Source: Octopus bimaculoides
Lineage: Eukaryota
Reading direction: 5' to 3'
DNA: 50,811 nt
NCBI RefSeq assembly: GCF_001194135.2
Contig: NC_068983.1
Location: forward strand, 115,180,794 to 115,231,604
The notes under the pieces: model-generated
Database searches by the model: none
Told to the model about the DNA's origin: nothing
The model's input: the letters and a program-made list of their open reading frames with translations, nothing else
Position numbers and translations under genes: made by a program
Shown here: positions 1 through 13,012 of the stretch, piece by piece
Layout: every line of letters starts with the position of its first letter
How positions within the stretch are numbered: position 1 is the first letter of the stretch

Positions 1-45
<45 letters not shown>

Positions 46-58
46 ATATATATATACA
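1..58. repeat. (TA)n microsatellite at window start
   Basis: Directly visible TA dinucleotide run with a few TG interruptions. Confidence 0.95.
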
Positions 59-1093
59 TATATATTGCTACCTGTATGTTTTTATTAACATCGTTATTAA
101 TAAAACCGAAGTGCACAGCAATATACATATGCATATACACATATACATGCATACACACGCACGTATACATACGTCAATAGCACACTCATATACATATACA
201 CGTCACAATCTATACTATCCATCCACAGTTTCACACATGCACTCACTTAAACGCACTCAGCTGTCTTTTCGATAAACTTCGTAAACGCACACAAATAACA
301 CAACATAAGCGAATAGACGCTTCCAATATATATTAATACATATATACGCATTTTATTCTGAGGCACACTTATACACACACTCTCACACAGATACACACAC
401 ACCTCAACACACTCTGCACACACAAACGTACATACATATACACATATTTACGCCACACGTACACACATCCAGCAAGCCATTACATAAACGACAATACTAA
501 CCTTCGCTCCGCCGTTCGTGCGCGCCCCCGCCCCCCCACACACACACATACACACACTTACGGACACATTTTTACACTCGCCTTTAGGAGATTCTGTCCC
601 TGACTGACTTCCGAAAATAAAAATGCCAATTTGCTTTGACAGGAACTTTCTCATCTTATAAGATGCCGGTCACCGACACAACTCCACATAGAATCAATCA
701 TTTTGGATTAATTTTCGTTTCTAACCATAGTAAGAACTTTTATTTACTATATATGCATGCACACACAAACACACACAAAACAACCGAAACGTGTACACCA
801 TTCGTTTACCAGCACATATACGCACACAAACATCCATATCAGTCTTACACACACAGGTACATACTTGAACAAAAAAGGTTAAACATAATTTAAATTACAT
901 AAGCACTCATGCAAAAATGCAATTTTAAATTGCGCACGTACACATATAAAGTAGCACAAACGTATATGCACTCCTGATCTAAAATAACACACAAACACAC
1001 ACACATCCATATTCGTCTCACAAACACGTATACAGACCATCATGCACGTTCATACATTCATGCACAGTACATACACAAACAAACGCACACGAG

Positions 1094-1133
<40 letters not shown>

Positions 1134-1580
1134 CATATGCCCACAGAATCACCATGCACTGTATATAAGCACACAACCAAACATATACATAGTACTCCCC
1201 ACACACACACACATCAAAATAAAAGTCTGAAGATATAAAGTGGGACTGGGCAACCAAGATAAAAAGAACCTGAGCCAGAGGAGGTATACTCGACATTTTC
1301 CCCCACAACTAACTCTTGTCAATTATATTCACTTTAAAAATACTTTGCGAAAACGAAGAACACTTACTAGCAACATAGAGAATATATTATGAGACCAGAC
1401 GGCTTGTGAATTTAATAAGATCAAAGCCTGCTGGAAGTTTTTGTACAGTTCTGAAGAATGGAAAATAAACCTCCTAATAATACAAATTTTTTTATGTGAA
1501 GCTTTTCAACTGCGTTTCTGATTACCTTTGCCCTCTGACTTTCAAGCCATACACGAGGTCAAATTCTTTTATTATTTCAC

Positions 1581-1965
1581 TTGTTACAGTCATTGGATTG
1601 CGGTCATGTTGAAGTCACCACCTTGAAGCGTTTAGTCGAACAAACCGTCCCAGTAAAAGCTTGATATCTATTCTACCATCTGTTTTTTGTTGAATCGCTC
1701 GGTAACGGGGATGTAAACAAACCACTACCGATAGAAACACACAGAAACATACGCATGCGTGCGCGCTCACACACACACACACATATACATACGCACGCAC
1801 ATCTGCATACGACGAGACTCCATTCAGTTTATACCAAATACACTCGCAATTGTATTGGTCAACCTGGGACAATTGTAGTAAGAGACTCATGCCGAAAGTG
1901 CCACAAAGGGCGACTGAACCAGAAACAACATGATTGCGAACCGAACTTCTTAATTGCATAGCTGC
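1581..1965 (-). mobile_element. Degenerate full-length tRNA-derived SINE (family A: head, internal microsatellite, tail)
   Basis: Collinear with the better-preserved copy at 12590-13012: tail 1581-1735 (cagtcatt.gattgcggtcatg...), internal (CA)n at about 1765-1800, head 1808-1965 (tacgacgag...gaaagtgccac...gaaccagaaacaacatg). Confidence 0.7.
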
Positions 1966-1987
1966 TTCTCTCTCTCTCTCTCTCTCT

Positions 1988-2445
1988 NNNNNNNNNNNNN
2001 NNNNNNNNNNNNNNNNNNNNNNNNNNNNNNNNNNNNNNNNNNNNNNNNNNNNNNNNNNNNNNNNNNNNNNNNNNNNNNNNNNNNNNNNNNNNNNNNNNNN
2101 NNNNNNNNNNNNNNNNNNNNNNNNNNNNNNNNNNNNNNNNNNNNNNNNNNNNNNNNNNNNNNNNNNNNNNNNNNNNNNNNNNNNNNNNNNNNNNNNNNNN
2201 NNNNNNNNNNNNNNNNNNNNNNNNNNNNNNNNNNNNNNNNNNNNNNNNNNNNNNNNNNNNNNNNNNNNNNNNNNNNNNNNNNNNNNNNNNNNNNNNNNNN
2301 NNNNNNNNNNNNNNNNNNNNNNNNNNNNNNNNNNNNNNNNNNNNNNNNNNNNNNNNNNNNNNNNNNNNNNNNNNNNNNNNNNNNNNNNNNNNNNNNNNNN
2401 NNNNNNNNNNNNNNNNNNNNNNNNNNNNNNNNNNNNNNNNNNNNN
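1988..2445. other. Assembly gap (N run)
   Basis: N run, preceded by (CT)n and followed by a G-rich tract. Confidence 1.
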
Positions 2446-2715
2446 GGTGGGGTAGAGGTAGGGGTGGGGGTGTAAGGAATTGGATGGGGTGGAGTGGGAA
2501 GGTAGAGTAGAAGTGTGTTGGGGTGTGGTGGGATGAGCTTATGAGGGGGTGTTGACGATGAAGGGGGAAGGGGAAGGTCGGTATGTAAGAGAGGGGGAAG
2601 GTCGGTATGGGAGGGGAGAGAAAGAGAGGAAGAGAGGAGAGAGGGTGGGTATAAGAGAGGGAAGGTGGATGTGAGAGAGGGGGAAGGTGGGTATGGGGGG
2701 AGAAAGAGAGTGAGA
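2446..2715 (+). repeat. Purine/G-rich low-complexity tract with a short minisatellite
   Basis: GGGAAGGT(C/G)G(G/A)T(A/G)TG-like unit at about 2571, 2595, 2659 and 2681, plus many GGG/GGGG runs. Confidence 0.8.
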
Positions 2716-2719
2716 GAGA

Positions 2720-2728
2720 AGATATATA

Positions 2729-2759
<31 letters not shown>

Positions 2760-2841
2760 TATATATACGTACTTACATAAATACATAAACACACACACAT
2801 ATATATATACATATATATATATATACATATATATATATATG

Positions 2842-2889
<48 letters not shown>

Positions 2890-3015
2890 CAATTTATATA
2901 CATATTTATATACGTATATTATTATATATATTAAATATCAAATATGTACATATATATATGCACACACACACACGCGCACACACACACAAACACACACACT
3001 CACACACATACACAC

Positions 3016-3114
<99 letters not shown>

Positions 3115-3115
3115 A
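2720..3115. repeat. Compound (TA)n/(CA)n microsatellite block
   Basis: Directly visible; it generates several spurious ORFs in the track. Confidence 0.95.
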
Positions 3116-3953
3116 TTTATGTAATGTTTATATACATATATAATTATGTATATTAAATATAAAATATGCATGTATGCATACAGACATATATATATATATA
3201 TATATATGACTGTATGTTATTCATTCATGCCGGTACAGTTGCAATGGAATAGACGAGGACATTCAATGGTTTGCAGTCTTACGTTCAATTCCTTATTTGG
3301 AAGAAATATTTATGCAACAGAGTCGTTTCCAATGTAGGGATTATCTATCATGCGATTAGAACGACGAAAACTAAAGAGACGCACCAACCTAGTGAATCCT
3401 TGCATTTCTGAAAAGGGGTAACAGAAAGTTGTGACCATGCGATGTTTTAAATAGCGTCGGGTAAAGAACAAGTTTTGACTGCTCGATGAAATTCATTATA
3501 TCAAATGGACTTACTTGGAAAGAGAAAATTAAAAATAAATTAATTTCATGCTTCCGAAGTCAATGAAATAAATGCCAGCCGATGGAAACTAAGTACTAGT
3601 GATGGAGGTGGTGGTGTCGATCAATCGACAGTACCCTACAAAGTATTGCACTAGCATTTCCAGAATGAATAAATATTTAATAGAGCGAAAACTGCAGATG
3701 TCCAAGTGGATAACGTGTTCAGTACGCCAGCTCACAGGTAAAGGGTTCGATTCTGAAAATTACATTGCACAGTGTTTTGATCAATTATACAAAACAGTTA
3801 AATCTTGCTAAGTAATCATAGATCTACTTCCATCGCAATACCCAGCTATTCTACCATGATAGACTTTGTATTAACATTTCGTTTATTCAGCGCTATGTAA
3901 GATAACTCAAAATAATGAAGAAAAAAAAAGACACGCAAACATATACATATATA

Positions 3954-4006
3954 TACGACGGGCTTCTTTCAGTTTCCGTCTACAAAATCCACTCACAAGG
4001 CTTTGG
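3954..4006 (-). mobile_element. SINE family A fragment
   Basis: tacgacgggcttctttcagtttccgtctacaaaatccactcacaaggctttgg is a near-identical reverse complement of 18624-18674. Confidence 0.85.
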
Positions 4007-4980
4007 AATCTTGTACTTTCTTCTTAAAAAAAAGAAAAACCTTGTGTAATTCATGAACATTTTGTCAACCTGAACTGATTGGTTCAGTTTTTGCTATGGC
4101 CAAGAGAACACGAGAGACCAGTCAGTCTATTATTTCTTGAATATCCTTAAATATGATTCAATATTGAGGAAATGTACGTTAAGACGTTCATATTTTCCCC
4201 AAAACCATTAGTGAGGAAAGTAAGGTCAAATGGCAATACATTGAGTCGAAACTTTGATGCAAACTTGGTTTGTCAGAATCCTAACTAGAGTCCATGATAA
4301 TCTCCAATGATTGAATTAAACAGTATACTTTCATTCAACAATAGAAATGTTAAAGTACAATTCTATCAGAGAGGGAAAAAACATATTATAAGAATTCTAA
4401 AGTCAATTACAAGTACCACAGAATAATTAAAACAACACTATTTGATTTCACTCACGAAAACAAATAAATCATAGCCGTTGAATTATGGAAAAATAATCTG
4501 CAAATATGTGTTTGGCTTTTAGAAACTTGTTGAATACTCAATTTCATTTTCATATATTTCTATTAAATGTAACGTTGTTTTATTTTCATAAAGTCAACTA
4601 AAATTTGTTGGCGCCATACAGTTTTTTTCAACTCCAACACTGTTCAACTTAAATGCAGTTAAAAGTCATACTGATTTATTTGTATCAAACACAAGGCCAC
4701 TTTGTTACCTATATTTATTTTATATTGTTTTCAGTTTGTTTAAGCCATCACTGTCAAGGTGATGCTCGAGCTCTGCATTCATAATGATATTTATTTAATC
4801 TATACCAATAAAAGTTGTAGCATAAAACGTTAGGAAAGATGAAATGAAATGCTGTAAAATATTTAGAAATTTGATTCATTGTTTGTACCAACTTCCTCCA
4901 TGGTATGTAACAGTAATATTTGTAATGTTCTATTAATTATCAATTAGAACTACCAAACACGCACGCACACATTATATATA

Positions 4981-5140
4981 GGGGCGGGTGTGTGATAAGA
5001 AGCTTGCTTATCAACCACATCGTTCCGGGTTTAGTCTCATTGCGTGGCACCTTGGCCAAGTATCATTTACTATTGCCCCGGACAAACTAAAGCCTTGTGA
5101 ATGGATTTGGTAGACGGAAACTGAAAGAAACCAGTCGTAT
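4981..5140 (+). mobile_element. SINE family A head region, followed by (GT)n and a gap
   Basis: Collinear with 18510-18674 (aagcttgctta.caaccacat.gttccgggtt.agtc...gtggcaccttgg...aaagccttgtga.tggatttggtagacggaaactgaaagaa). Confidence 0.9.
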
Positions 5141-5147
5141 ATCTATA

Positions 5148-5202
<55 letters not shown>

Positions 5203-5968
5203 NNNNNNNNNNNNNNNNNNNNNNNNNNNNNNNNNNNNNNNNNNNNNNNNNNNNNNNNNNNNNNNNNNNNNNNNNNNNNNNNNNNNNNNNNNNNNNNNNN
5301 NNNNNNNNNNNNNNNNNNNNNNNNNNNNNNNNNNNNNNNNNNNNNNNNNNNNNNNNNNNNNNNNNNNNNNNNNNNNNNNNNNNNNNNNNNNNNNNNNNNN
5401 NNNNNNNNNNNNNNNNNNNNNNNNNNNNNNNNNNNNNNNNNNNNNNNNNNNNNNNNNNNNNNNNNNNNNNNNNNNNNNNNNNNNNNNNNNNNNNNNNNNN
5501 NNNNNNNNNNNNNNNNNNNNNNNNNNNNNNNNNNNNNNNNNNNNNNNNNNNNNNNNNNNNNNNNNNNNNNNNNNNNNNNNNNNNNNNNNNNNNNNNNNNN
5601 NNNNNNNNNNNNNNNNNNNNNNNNNNNNNNNNNNNNNNNNNNNNNNNNNNNNNNNNNNNNNNNNNNNNNNNNNNNNNNNNNNNNNNNNNNNNNNNNNNNN
5701 NNNNNNNNNNNNNNNNNNNNNNNNNNNNNNNNNNNNNNNNNNNNNNNNNNNNNNNNNNNNNNNNNNNNNNNNNNNNNNNNNNNNNNNNNNNNNNNNNNNN
5801 NNNNNNNNNNNNNNNNNNNNNNNNNNNNNNNNNNNNNNNNNNNNNNNNNNNNNNNNNNNNNNNNNNNNNNNNNNNNNNNNNNNNNNNNNNNNNNNNNNNN
5901 NNNNNNNNNNNNNNNNNNNNNNNNNNNNNNNNNNNNNNNNNNNNNNNNNNNNNNNNNNNNNNNNNNNN
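5203..5968. other. Assembly gap (N run)
   Basis: N run between (GT)n and (TA)n. Confidence 1.
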
Positions 5969-6001
<33 letters not shown>

Positions 6002-6291
6002 CCCTACCATGTAGCGTTTGGATAATTAGTTTGTTAGTTTTAAATTACAGCAGCAGGTTTATAAACATGGGTCTACACATATGTATTTATATGAATGTTT
6101 TATATACGTGTGAATGGTGATGTAATATCAATTATATAACTAACACGACTATGAAACAATTTTAAACTAATGGAATAAAAATCTATTCTCACACTTGATC
6201 AATTAATGTGTGTGCGTGTGTGTGTGTACGTGTGTCTGTGTGGATGTGTGTGTATATATATATATATATACATGCACACAGACACACGTAC

Positions 6292-6432
6292 AGAGAGAGA
6301 GAGAGAGGGAGACAGACAGACAGACAGACGGACAGACAGACAGACATACAGACAGAGACAGACAGACAGACAGACAGAGACAGACAGACAGACAGAGACA
6401 GACAGACAGGTAGAATGACAGACAAATAGGCA

Positions 6433-6466
<34 letters not shown>
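6292..6466. repeat. (GA)n/(GACA)n compound microsatellite
   Basis: Directly visible GACA/GACAGA units flanked by GA runs. Confidence 0.95.
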
Positions 6467-6467
<1 letters not shown>

Positions 6468-6723
6468 GCATATATGTAACGTATGTTCATATGTGTATGT
6501 ATATAGGTATGTATACAGTTGATAAATCTCTTATTCGAAATTTAGAAGAACAGAATGTGTTGCAAATTTTTTCTGTTTTTGGATCAGTTTCATATTTGTA
6601 TCTATAAAATGGGGCTGCTTGGTGCTGGGGCCAAAGTCTAAACACAATATCTATTTGCATTTCATGATATAGCTTACACATATACTGAAAGTAGTTGTAT
6701 CTAAATCTTAAATGTCTTTTACT

Positions 6724-6950
6724 GAACACTTTCGTTACCAACCCGGCTGAAACCGGCTCTGGCTCTGAGTACAAATGTCTTGTTTTCATAAATTTTGAAT
6801 TAAAATCTTCCACCAAACGTTAGTCGCAATTTATATTCCTTACATTAGCTAAATGATAACTAAGTTATTTTACCAAATTCTTTGTTATATTTAAAGTAAT
6901 TGAAAGAAACACAGAGCATCTCAAAATAAATATAGTAACGAAAGGGTTAG
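6724..6950. mobile_element. Short non-autonomous DNA transposon (MITE), piggyBac-like ends
   Basis: Left gaacactttcgttac (6724-6738) vs right gtaacgaaagggtta (6935-6949; reverse complement taaccctttcgttac), 13/15 match. CCC..GGG-type termini in a degenerate TTAA context are typical of piggyBac MITEs. Confidence 0.55.
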
Positions 6951-8750
6951 CATCTCGACCAACGATGTCATGGTTTTTATCATAAGGTTACAGTATACGT
7001 AAACCATATGTATTCTACTTTTTTTTACTATACATCTATCAGGCATTGAGCAAGATTACACGTAAATAAAATGGAAACCGAGAAGTCAACACTACTTTTA
7101 ATGTTGAAGTAATGACGCCAGTCATATAACTTTCATATATGGAGTTAAAATTCAAACCTCAAGAAGAAATAGATTTGTGCTCACTGTATGAAAATAAAAA
7201 TTATGATAACTGCTTACAAACTCGTGTATAACAGCACAAAACAGTCTATTTAGGCACATGATCCGACTTTAAGCTCTCATTCCCAGTGTCCGACTATTCT
7301 ATTATGATAAACTTCTGTACGAAACAATAGTTTGTTACTCAGTGCTATTTAAGATAGATAGCTTGATATAAATCAAAACACAGACAAACAATTATTTTCA
7401 GAATTTGTTGAATATCCATTTTAAACATGTTTTTTTTCTATAATTAATTTGCTAAAACTTTGCAGCTTCATCATTTTGGTATCAGGTTTCTGATGTTATT
7501 TCATTTAGTTACAAACTTTACTGTTCTGAAACCATATTTTCAATGTGACAGATGAATGACATATCTCAATAATTTAGAAATCCAATCCAATCTAAGCCTT
7601 ACTTGACATCTTTAGCACTTAAGTGTTTCTCTGTATCTCCCTGCCTCCAGAGAATCGCTGAGTTAATCTGTGAAGCTTCAAGATGTTATCAACATGGTTA
7701 AAAGTTACATTTTAAAATCTTTGTTATTGAAACTTTAATTAATGAAATAATGTTTCAATGGGAGATTATTCAGATTGATGATTTAGCTAACGTTTTAAGG
7801 ATAATTTTCTATATTTTACTGTAGTTTTGATGCTAACAAAATGTATATATATAATGTACCACTTATCTTTTCTTGCTCGTCTATTTTTGACAAATATTTT
7901 GACGCAGTGAATATTGACTTTTCTGTCAGAGGCAAAAATTCTTTAAAAGCAACTTTTAAACGAACTTGAAGTAAAAAAAGGAGAGTAATTTTTCTATTCG
8001 TCCATTTTTTCATAATGTCGGCATATATATTTAGAGAGTGACAGTGTAAATTATTTAATTCAGAGTTATAAGACGAGGGAAAAGTTGAAATATCATAAAT
8101 ATCTAAGGAATCTATTTCAAATGACAATCAGTTCTGATACCATGTATGAGCAAAGTCTAGCTATATTATTAGCATAGAGGTTCAAATAATACACTTCTCA
8201 TTGATTGGCGATTTACCTAAAAGATTAAATTTGTAATTTGACTGGTGACCTCCGCTGCTGCCACCAGCAGGCTGTTTTTAGTTTAAGAGGCAGAGAGAAA
8301 TAGGGCTTGCTAAGAAATAACAAGTGGAGAGATACACTTCAATTAATAAAAGTGGAATTACTTTGTGTTATGACTATAAAATGCTATAAAATAATACTGA
8401 AAGTGTGATTATCTTGTTTAAATGTCTGTTGTACTTATTAAAAATCTAATGGTGTATACTGTACAATAGGAAGTAGGTTTCTGTCAAGTCCAAACCACTA
8501 TGATGTTTCGATTCTTGCTAGTAAACTATTTTGTATTACATATGCCACAAAAGGCTTTTGAAGAAAATTATGAATGATAATTCACCATTTCTCTCTCCTA
8601 TACAATAGACGATTTTGGTACAGATTGAAAGGAAGCCATAATAATTTAACCAAAATTCTTGAATCCAGGGAAACTAGGATTCAACACACAGACACACACA
8701 TTCACACACAATGGATATATATGTATGCATATATACATACATACATAAAT

Positions 8751-8754
<4 letters not shown>

Positions 8755-8804
<50 letters not shown>

Positions 8805-8814
8805 NNNNNNNNNN

Positions 8815-8857
<43 letters not shown>
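8755..8857. repeat. (CA)n - 10 N - (TA)n microsatellite
   Basis: Directly visible; gap at 8805-8814. Confidence 0.95.
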
Positions 8858-8860
<3 letters not shown>

Positions 8861-11039
8861 TGTATATTAGTCGTTATGATGTCGGCCTTTTAGGTGAAGC
8901 GCCGACATTTTGTACCTAGACGTTTTTCATGAACGTGTTTATGACACAGACACGTAGATTTCAATAGCCAAATCACTTGGTTCCCCAAAAGACATTATGA
9001 GGTAGCGCAGCTTGCTGATCTTAGCACTAGAATTATTTTATAATAATTATGTTGAAAGAGAATTCGCTAATTACTTTTTGATTAGTATTTCATTAACTTA
9101 CAACATTGAGTTTCAATGTAACATTGGTAAAAGCTATCATAGATGGGCTTCTTATCCAGTTTAAAAGATACGTCATAAACAGATCACCTACTTGTAAAAT
9201 AATAAAATGCTCTACACAATTATATATATCACAATGCTGAATAAAAAAAACTAATTCCCTGTCGTAACAAAAATTGCTGAAATTTGTTGCGATCCCTTGA
9301 CAAATTTTCTATCAGATGTATTTAGATGATCCATGCGCATAAGAGCGTACCTGACGGTCGAAATTTGAACCCCTATTATTCTTTGTAAAGGAAATTGAGT
9401 TAATTTGGGCATAAATAAAAGTTGTAAGATAATAAAAGTTCTGTGCGGTATGCGTCATCAATACCTCCATTTAGGGGCACAGGCGCACAAATATATAATC
9501 ACAGAAAAGGTATCGCAGCTGTATCGAACTAGATACATAGATATACATCATATGTATATATCACAGAGAATATCATAAATATATATGCACACTCACACAT
9601 ACACACATGTACATAGGTACGGGTTTAGTTTCTTTTGTGGTATAAAAACACGGAATTTTATAAAAATTTTCTTTTGAATAGAAAGTTCTTGGAGTCTATT
9701 ACATGTTAACTTATATGAGATAAACAGATATAAAAACTAGGGTTTCATTCAACCGTACAAATCTGGAGTCGACAGAATCGATAATTTCATGTATATACAT
9801 ATTGCAAGTAGCTAATGAAATATCATTTGAACTTTTGACATATACATGATTATTCATTGCTTATACAAAGAAAAGGAAAATGTTGCAGAGCACCATTACC
9901 AGAAAATAGTGAAACCATGTTGCGAATTCAACTTGCCAAAAGCTTACTTACTGCTCTTGACAGTAAATCGTAATGCATATAATTTATTTATCACAAAATA
10001 ATGAGATTGTGTGGGATTATTGCATTCATAAGAGTACGAATTTGTATTTATCGAGCACCGAAACTATCTCTTGGAGTCGAACACATCACAATGGTAATGG
10101 CAGTTTGCAAATCACTAACCTGTTATGAAATATGGAAGCTTAATCATTGCCTTGCAACATTAAAGAACATTGTTTTCTAAAGATATGTAAATAGTTGATA
10201 AACATTATATACAGACACATTTGTAATTGCGGAGGAAGAAAACACGGTATATATGCAAACAACTAGCGAATGCTTGTAAAAGACATCATAATAATTAATA
10301 AGCAGAATATATGTAGATACCTACATTTGTTATTTTGGAGAAAGCAAACACAGTAGTTAGATAAACTTGCACACCTACGTTCATATGCATATTTTCGCTC
10401 AGTATCAGATAAGCTTCTCATTTTCAACAAAAGATATGTGACTGATAATATATAAGTTCTTTTAGTATGAAAGTGAATTGCAGCAATCTACGAGATAATA
10501 TCTTAAATAAAACATTAAAAATATCTCGACATAAGCTGGAACAAGGTATCTCAAATATTCAATTAATGACGTGTTAATTTATATATTTATATTTAAATTG
10601 CTTTCAAAACTATACAAATATCAAGAATTTCGCAGGACATATAACCAGGTGCAATTATATGCATAATATCATTAGAAACGTTTGGCAGCACAACATTTCT
10701 AGATTCCAAAGAAAACAAATCAACAAACTGTTCTGGAAATTCTTTACAAAGACGAGTACATAAGTTAGGCGACATAGAAATCAGATTTGGTCCAACGAAG
10801 ATTGTGTTTTATTATCCATAACAAATCAACATTATATTGGTTTCCTTATGTTTAAACATTTTAAAACATTTTAGTATTTTTGTTTAATCACATATATAAA
10901 TAAATCGATAATCTTTACTTACATCTAAATTTTTCTTTCTTTATTATGTTATTTTGCTTTTGATTTGATTTTGCTGTTGTGAATGCTTTTTTAGGTAAAA
11001 TTCAATAAATAACCTCGTAGTCAATACATAGATACATAC

Positions 11040-11067
11040 CTACGTACGTACATACATACATGCATAC

Positions 11068-11130
<63 letters not shown>

Positions 11131-11161
11131 AACACACACAAACACACACACGCACACATAT

Positions 11162-11192
<31 letters not shown>

Positions 11193-11236
11193 CGACGACG
11201 ACGATAGTGGTGGTGATGATGATGATGATGATGATG
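11040..11236. repeat. (CA)n followed by (GAT)n/(GAC)n/(GGT)n microsatellite
   Basis: Directly visible. Confidence 0.95.
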
Positions 11237-12589
11237 AACATAGTTCCCAATTTAAAAATCTTAAAGCGTATCGAAATGAACAGTATATGTTTGTCGTCTC
11301 ACAAATTGAAATTTTTGATATGAAAGCGACACCAAATTAATCAGTAAAAAAAAATCGTGCACATGAGAGACATAAAAAAAAAACTCAGATAAAGATCAAT
11401 TTTACTGCATTGGGTAATAATACCGAAAGAGTTTGATCTGAATCGAATCCACTTAATCATTACTAACAAACGTTGTCTTTTAATCTGTGCGAAAGGGCTG
11501 TGTTGGCGGGAACAATATGTAGATTGTTACGTTAACTAACCAGCTATGTTTGTCTACTTACATCCGCTATGCTCTGAATTGAAACCCAATCAGAACGGAT
11601 TTCATGCTTCCACGTTCGAGGAAATAACTAAGTCTGAACTGCCGTTGACTCAGTCCTCTGTAAAACTAATCTTTATGAACCATTCAAAGAGTTTTTACGT
11701 ACACGCTCGAACTGTTAGAAAAAGCAACCAACTTTCATTCAAATCCTCTTACCATTTTACAAAGATTATATCTAAAAGATTACATTAGATGATGTGATAT
11801 TAGATGCACAATGCCTGAAAAAAGGCTGCATAGCCACCGCTGCGACGCTTTTGATCATATAATGATTTATGGCAAAGCAACAACTTGTAGTATTGAAGCC
11901 AATGTGAGAGATTCTTATCTTTAACAGTGCTTTGCTCACACTGCAGAGCAAGTGGTAAGCTTCTAGGGCCAGGCTTTAGGACCCACCATTCGTTTTTGAT
12001 GCATTACCACTCGACTTGGACTTCAGTTCCGAACATGAGCTATGTGTAGTGGCTAGTGCAGTGCAACGCCCCATGATTAACTCATTGCGTAGAGATACCG
12101 ACAATATTTTAGACGAATGCGAGAAAAGAGAGACTACGTGGTCGCTCAACTTGCTTGAAATATCTATCAAATCTCCTCTAAATTATAGCAATCTAAATTA
12201 AAGAACATACTAAAATGCAATATTAGGTAATAAAAAATCAGCTGGTCTTAGCTGCAATACCTTTGTTTCATAGGTTTTCTAAAACAGTATAAGCCTGAGA
12301 TTTAACAATAACTAGATGGACATTTTTCTCGAACACACGAAGAAATTTAAGTTTCTTGTTTATAAAAAGTACATTTAAAGATTATTACACTATTTATGAC
12401 AAACTCTAAGGATGCATGAGTTAATAATTGATCTGTACGTATCGAACATGATTGAATTTAAGGCGGTTTTTTTCAATTTTTTTCTCAAGAATTATTCCCT
12501 CGAAAAAGTCATGCGTACCCATAAAGAAGTGGAGATAAAATTCTGGTGTTTGAATGGGAAAGGGAATAATGTATTATTCTTTTACTATT

Positions 12590-12799
12590 TTATTCTTTTC
12601 ATTGTTTCAGTCATTTGACTGCGGCCATGCTGGAGCACCATCTTTAGTCGAACAAATCGATTCCAGGACTTATTTTTTGTAAGCCTGATACTAATTCTAT
12701 CGGTCGTTTTTGCCGAATCGCTAAGTTACAGCGACGTAAACACACCAGCATCGGTTGTTAAGCGATGGTGTGGGGAGAAACACAGACACACAAATATAT

Positions 12800-12849
<50 letters not shown>

Positions 12850-13012
12850 GACAGGCTTCTTTCAGTTTCCGTCTAACAAATCTACTCACAAGGCTTTGGT
12901 CGGCCCGAGGCTATAGTTCAAAACACTTACCCAAGGTGCCACGCGATGGGATCGAACCCGGAACCATCTGCTTGAGAAGCAAGCTTCTTATCATACAGCC
13001 ACTTCTGCGCCT
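12590..13012 (-). mobile_element. Full-length tRNA-derived SINE (family A) with internal (TA)n
   Basis: On the minus strand: head aggcgcagaagtggctgtatg (A-box-like TGGCTGTATG) with B-box-like GGTTCGATCCC, body to 12848, (TA)n at about 12794-12847, tail 12776-12600 ending in an A-rich gaaacaatgaaaagaataaaa. Resembles described octopus tRNA-derived SINEs; subfamily not verified. Confidence 0.9.

Noticed and set aside
36-3171. Many H/T-, C/V-, Y/I-rich ORFs here and similar ones elsewhere (5087-6490, 8574-8893, 11002-11323, 24557-25087, 31238-31934, 45628-45859)
   Set aside because: Translations of microsatellites or N runs, not proteins.
8878-8920. Small hairpin atgtcggc...gccgacat followed by CTAG (Helitron-like 3' end)
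   Set aside because: The base after CTAG is A, not the T expected at a Helitron insertion site, and no 5' TC end can be defined.
10593-10800. Open frames on both strands (minus: LCTRLCKEFPEQFVDLFSLESRNVVLP)
   Set aside because: Protein-looking, but no convincing acceptor/donor pair and no family recognised.
11928-12201. 27-nt segment with good splice sites (11928-11954) and overlapping ORFs 12016-12201(+) / 11976-12170(-)
   Set aside because: No partner exon. The minus-strand start (aggagatttgatagata...gagcgaccacgtag) resembles a repeat motif also seen at 30257-30274 and 43875-43891, so this is more likely old repeat sequence.
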